From a virus: DNA of 64,000 bases. The number at the start of each line of letters is the position of its first letter. Positions within the stretch are counted from its first letter, which is position 1. The notes below the pieces were generated by a model that saw only the letters and a program-made list of their open reading frames with translations, searched no databases and had not been told where the DNA came from. The stretch spans positions 1,190 through 65,189 of IMG/VR virus record IMGVR_UViG_3300012153_000001; one strand, 5' to 3'. The position numbers and the translations under genes were made by a program. Below are positions 61,658 through 64,000 of the stretch, piece after piece.

Positions 61658-61712
61658 GACCTACTTGCGGAGGACTACGTATTGTATCGTAGGTAGGTCT
61701 TTCCTTTTTATA
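61658..61712 (+). terminator. compound hairpin terminator after the lysis cassette
   Basis: GACCTAC...CTACG-TATTGTAT-CGTAG GTAGGTC followed by TTTCCTTTTTA. Confidence 0.65.
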
Positions 61713-61778
61713 TAATTCGATGGTACTATTTGAATATACATAATTATCGGAGCAATTAAGTACATGGAGGTGTCGCGC

Positions 61779-62075
61779 ATGACTACGATTGACATTACTA
61801 TCGTTCAAAAAATCGAAAGCACATCCGGCTTATCTACGCAACTTGTCCGTACATATGAGACGGGCATGATGCCGCAAGTAGGCCATAAAGTTCGGGATCA
61901 CTCGTTTGGAGACGCCGGCCACCGCGTTATTGAGGATGTTGTAATCGATTACGAGTCGGGAGATTGTTACGTGTACCTGCCGGTCGTAACTTTAGATGGC
62001 GCAGGGAAAGAAGATATACGCGATCAAGCGAACGAGTATATGCGGCACGGATGGGAATGGCCGCGCCCTTTATAA
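61779..62075 (+). CDS. hypothetical protein (moron-like, between two terminators)
   Basis: SD GGAGGTG lies 6 nt before ATG 61779. Confidence 0.45.
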   Translation: MTTIDITIVQKIESTSGLSTQLVRTYETGMMPQVGHKVRDHSFGDAGHRVIEDVVIDYESGDCYVYLPVVTLDGAGKEDIRDQANEYMRHGWEWPRPL

Positions 62076-62086
62076 TACGAACATCT

Positions 62087-62119
62087 AGCGCTCATCTCTT
62101 CGGAGGTGGGCGCTTTTTC
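62087..62119. terminator. bidirectional hairpin terminator
   Basis: AGCGCTCATCTC-TTCG-GAGGTGGGCGCT followed by TTTTT, between convergent genes. Confidence 0.65.
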
Positions 62120-62124
62120 TGCGT

Positions 62125-62523
62125 TTATAGACCGCGCATCCGCTCCGGCAACGTCGGGTCCACGTACTTATCCGTATTCAATCCGAGATACTTCCGCATA
62201 ACCACGCTCGCCTGCGGAGCCATTGATGACCAACGCAGCCTCATCTCCGATTCATATCCGCGACATTTATAGCGCGCCACTACACCGTCATTATCCGCTA
62301 CCTCTTCGTAGACTTTAATCCCGCGCGTCCGAAACTGTTTACGGATCTCGTATATGTCTGCGGTAATCTTCCGCTGGGCCTCCGCAATGACGTCGACGTA
62401 TGGGCCCGGCGTCTTTAGCGTCGTATTGATAAGCGCGATGTCCCGTTCGAATGCGGTGAGGACGCGGGGCAGTATAATATGCGATTTGATGAGTGCGCGG
62501 TCTTCCTGCGTAATGTCGATCAT
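62125..62523 (-). CDS. hypothetical protein
   Basis: Internal ATG 62523 was chosen because the N-terminal 38 codons of the track ORF look non-protein-like. The SD is weak. Confidence 0.4.
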   Translation of the reverse strand: MIDITQEDRALIKSHIILPRVLTAFERDIALINTTLKTPGPYVDVIAEAQRKITADIYEIRKQFRTRGIKVYEEVADNDGVVARYKCRGYESEMRLRWSSMAPQASVVMRKYLGLNTDKYVDPTLPERMRGL

Positions 62524-62682
62524 TTTCCGTTTCAACTCCGTGTTTGGCGTTTGAGTCCGCGAGAGCGGAACGTTTGTTCTTAGTATAGCGCGGGAGGGGC
62601 GGATTATACAATGGCTTTTGACTCGACGTCGAGTCAATGGAGAACAAAAAACGAAGGGGTCTATCTCCCTTCGTTGTGATCT

Positions 62683-63714
62683 TTACTTAAACATTTTTCT
62701 GCCGCGTTTCTTCTCGTTACCTTTATCGATCAAACTCGAGATAGGACTCGCCTTGTCGTGCTGCTCGCTCAGATCCGTTCCTGTAAATTTAGCATATACC
62801 TGTGTCATATTAAGCGAGGTGTGACCTAAAATGCGCGCCAGACTCAACGCATCGCCGTTTTGGCGTAGAAACTTAACCGCAAAGTAATGCCGGAAAGTAT
62901 GCGGGGATACTCTCGGCCCTGTTACGCCAACGCGCTTTGCGTAAAGTTTTAGCATCTTCGCGAAGGTATCTCCGAAATAACGTTCGCCGAACTGAGTGAG
63001 CCATAGCGGGTCGTCTTCGCTTACGTCCATATACGAAATTAAGTTCTCCAGCTCACGGGAAGTAAGCGGGGAAATAGGGACCACGCGAGTCATATTCGTT
63101 TTTGAGGTCTCTGCGCGGACTATGATTTGTCGTGTCTTAAAGTTAACGTCTGACACGCGCAGACTCGTCAGTTCTTTAATACGCAGGCCAGTGTCACAGA
63201 GGAGAAGCATCATACAATAATCGCGTCGGCCCGTATAGACCCTTCGGTTAGGCGCGCCGAGGAGCTTGACCACTTCTTCATCCGTGAAAATGTCGAAGGT
63301 ATCTTTTGCCTCCGCTTGGTATTTTACAGCCTCCATCGGATTGTACGATATGACTCTTTCTTCTATTAAGTAATTAAAGAAGATGCGCATATTACGTATG
63401 ACGTTGTTTATCGTCCGAGGCGAGAGTCCTTTTGCACCGTTTGGACTCGTCGGATGATCGTCCCATCGTACCTTCCCGAACGAAAGATATTCGATGTACT
63501 CACGTAGGATCTCCGTATTAATTTCGTCATACTCGCGCTCATTATACCACTTCTCGAATTGATTCAAGACCTGCGCATATGCGCTAATTGTTTTTACTGC
63601 GCGGCGTTCTCTGCGCTTAGAATCGAGAAACTGCGCGATGCGATCTCCTAACGCAAGCTTAAGCGGCTTACCCTCTTTTGATACAAACGTAAACTTCGGT
63701 GTTTTCTGCGCCAT
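62683..63714 (-). CDS. int: tyrosine recombinase / phage integrase
   Basis: SD AAAGGAGG upstream. N-terminal SAM-like domain. Catalytic region: TGLRIKEL, HTFRHYFA, LGHTSLNMTQVY. Confidence 0.9.
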   Translation of the reverse strand: MAQKTPKFTFVSKEGKPLKLALGDRIAQFLDSKRRERRAVKTISAYAQVLNQFEKWYNEREYDEINTEILREYIEYLSFGKVRWDDHPTSPNGAKGLSPRTINNVIRNMRIFFNYLIEERVISYNPMEAVKYQAEAKDTFDIFTDEEVVKLLGAPNRRVYTGRRDYCMMLLLCDTGLRIKELTSLRVSDVNFKTRQIIVRAETSKTNMTRVVPISPLTSRELENLISYMDVSEDDPLWLTQFGERYFGDTFAKMLKLYAKRVGVTGPRVSPHTFRHYFAVKFLRQNGDALSLARILGHTSLNMTQVYAKFTGTDLSEQHDKASPISSLIDKGNEKKRGRKMFK

Positions 63715-63730
63715 TTATCAGCGCCTCCTT

Positions 63731-63784
63731 TAGCGATAAATTTACGCTAAATGTTCCGATAAAGCTGCGAAATCTTTATCGCTA
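63731..63784. repeat. 10-bp perfect inverted repeat upstream of int
   Basis: TAGCGATAAA (63731-63740) pairs with TTTATCGCTA (63775-63784). ACGCTAAA direct repeats also occur at 63744-63751 and 63812-63819. Confidence 0.75.
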
Positions 63785-63843
63785 TAGCGACAGACTATTT
63801 CGCGTATGTTCACGCTAAACTTTGCGTCACGTTGACCGTTTAA

Positions 63844-64000
63844 ACTAGTGGATTTTTGTATCCAGCGATTGCCGAAAAGTTCAAAACAACGCCATCTCGC
63901 GTCGAACGTGCCATCCGTCATGCCATTGAAGTGGCTTGGACACGTGGCAACATCGACAGCATCAGCCACCTGTTTGGCTATACGATTAACATCAGCAAAT
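63844..64000 (+). pseudogene. spo0A: 5'-truncated spo0A (C-terminal DNA-binding domain fragment, continues off-window)
   Basis: Translation reads [52 protein letters not shown], which contains the Spo0A signature [15 protein letters not shown]. The frame is closed by TAA 63841-63843, with no start codon or SD. Confidence 0.8.

Noticed and set aside
62524-62637. N-terminal 38 codons of the 170-aa minus-strand ORF
   Set aside because: The translation (MTRRRVKSHCIIRPSRAILRTNVPLSRTQTPN...) is basic and low-complexity and extends into the int 3' flank. The internal ATG 62523 was preferred, although it too has only a weak SD.
63742-63969. 75-aa minus-strand ORF at the right edge
   Set aside because: It is the antisense frame of the spo0A fragment, whose plus-strand translation matches the highly conserved Spo0A DNA-binding helix. 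The minus-strand ORF has no SD.
1-64000. CRISPR arrays, rRNA genes, transposase/IS elements
   Set aside because: No regularly spaced direct repeats, no rRNA-like sequence and no transposase-like ORF were seen. The only recombinase is the tyrosine integrase at 62683-63714.

Overview
The window is almost entirely one large temperate phage or prophage with a PBSX/Xkd-like contractile tail. The host appears to be a spore-forming Firmicute: GGAGG-type Shine-Dalgarno (SD) sites are strong throughout, and a Spo0A gene fragment sits at the right edge.

Gene order, left to right:
- Early/replication module: wHTH protein, SLOG/DUF1273, DnaC-like loader, DnaB-like helicase, Toprim primase, a low-GC XRE + sigma-like pair, an SSB-like protein, PD-(D/E)XK nucleases, a family A DNA polymerase, an Rnl2-like RNA ligase, a DnaQ-like exonuclease and a RuvC-like resolvase.
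- Nucleotide metabolism: NrdI/NrdE/NrdF, dUTPase, ThyX, dNMP kinase and an orphan C5 DNA methyltransferase.
- Regulatory/accessory stretch: sigma region-4-like protein, XRE, two Zn-finger proteins, ATP-dependent DNA ligase and a double-wHTH protein.
- A ~1.4 kb coding-poor, repeat-rich zone.
- HNH endonuclease, TerS, TerL, portal and head genes, with a 3-gene insertion that includes a 759-aa GH9-like protein.
- Sheath, tube, chaperone (-1 frameshift), tape measure and baseplate genes.
- A low-GC distal tail cassette.
- A lysis cassette (ComEA-like protein, amidase, holin).
- A tyrosine integrase.

Most notable observations:
1. The integrase-proximal end abuts a 5'-truncated spo0A.
2. polA is split exactly between the TGRxSS and NxQNLP motifs by an AT-rich 109-codon gene.
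3. Up to five replication/recombination genes, three clearly and two weakly, seem to start at AUU/AUC/AUA 7-8 nt after a perfect SD.
4. A three-member paralogous family of repeat proteins is scattered through the early region.
5. Several non-coding elements are conserved: a 40-mer after both wHTH genes, a 42-bp promoter/operator-like element, iteron-like repeats and a cos-like inverted repeat.

No tRNA, rRNA or CRISPR array was seen. All functional calls come from motif recognition by eye; no database search was run.
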